A stretch of DNA of 41,279 nucleotides from an uncultured Clostridia bacterium (lineage in GTDB: Bacteria; Bacillota; Clostridia; UBA1381). Positions within the stretch are counted from its first letter, which is position 1. The text below holds more notes on this DNA, generated by a model, which ran no database searches, was not told the origin of the DNA, and was given only the letters and a program-made list of their open reading frames with translations. The stretch lies in NCBI GenBank assembly GCA_949742185.1, contig CATJNN010000208.1, positions 1-41,279 of the forward strand, read 5' to 3'. The DNA itself is not shown here.

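Noticed and set aside
40006-40353. Minus-strand out-of-frame ORFs (40006-40353, 26485-26745, 27949-28170, 29329-29586, 36736-36921, 13990-14175, 1081-1290)
   Set aside because: They are short (61-115 aa), shifted-frame overlaps of the giant ORF with Arg/Cys/Leu/Thr-rich composition and no motifs. I saw no slippery-site or frameshift signal that would make them alternative products.
40175-40804. 209-aa plus-strand ORF (and overlapping 40231-40605)
   Set aside because: It is an antisense shadow over propeller 1. It is Arg-rich, has no recognisable motif, and is fully nested in the giant frame.
41240-41242. ATG at 41242 as the true start codon of the giant gene
   Set aside because: The frame is open to the window edge, no signal peptide follows, and the residues align to an inter-module linker/Big_2 start. 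It is most likely an internal Met.
2105-41279. Regular ~320-370-nt and ~1.4-1.7-kb periodicity as a possible CRISPR array, satellite or mobile-element array
   Set aside because: The periodicity is at the protein-domain level. The DNA units are strongly diverged, with only ~24-25-nt exact matches, and everything lies in one open frame. There are no identical 25-40-bp direct repeats with unique spacers, no terminal inverted repeats and no transposase.
926-41279. Megasynthase (NRPS/PKS) as an explanation for a 40-kb ORF
   Set aside because: I saw no adenylation, condensation, ketosynthase, acyltransferase or carrier-protein core motifs. The whole sequence resolves into beta-propeller, Ig/cadherin-like and beta-helix repeats.
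926-41279. RTX/T1SS adhesin, Rhs/YD-repeat toxin, or LPXTG/SLH-anchored wall protein
   Set aside because: I found no GGxGxD nonapeptide block near the C-terminus, no YD repeats or C-terminal toxin tip, no LPXTG plus hydrophobic tail, and no SLH triplet in the visible part. The C-terminus looks dockerin-like instead. N-terminal anchors cannot be excluded because the 5' end is missing.
926-41279. Pseudogene or assembly artefact from collapsed repeats
   Set aside because: The frame is intact over 13,438 codons, and neighbouring repeats are too diverged at the DNA level to be easily collapsed or duplicated by an assembler. This still deserves long-read confirmation, but nothing in the sequence suggests decay.

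Overview
The window holds two convergent genes and almost nothing else. (1) 17-781 (+) is a complete, very AT-rich tam-like class I SAM-dependent methyltransferase. (2) 926-41279 (-) is a single uninterrupted reading frame filling about 98% of the window: 13,438 codons from the first ATG at 41242 to TAA at 926-928. The frame is still open at the window edge, so the gene is 5'-truncated and the protein exceeds 13,450 aa. Reading N->C (high->low coordinates) I recognise: ten tandem modules of a Big_2 Ig-like domain plus a seven-bladed RCC1-like beta-propeller (41279-26255); an eleventh Big_2 (26254-25870); 25 cadherin-like beta-sandwich repeats (25869-17051); a tandem pair of GLUG-type beta-helix domains (16936-15285), bracketed by two G-C-E tripeptides in an otherwise Cys-poor protein; 36 more cadherin-like repeats (15260-2105); a small beta-sandwich; and a C-terminal dockerin-like module. 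The two Ca-binding segments of that module (1744-1664 and 1060-992) are separated by a ~200-aa acidic low-complexity insert containing a 45-bp tandem repeat. I saw no catalytic, toxin, RTX, LPXTG or SLH signature. A perfect 15-bp-stem bidirectional terminator (886-919) sits between the genes. All other ORFs in the six-frame track are shadows of the giant frame. The candidate new system is the giant gene itself: a probable dockerin-tethered, megadalton stalk-and-propeller surface fibre, most compatible with a cellulosome-type Clostridia/Ruminococcus-like host (inference). All domain calls are made by eye from motifs; boundaries are +/-30-60 nt and need HMM confirmation.
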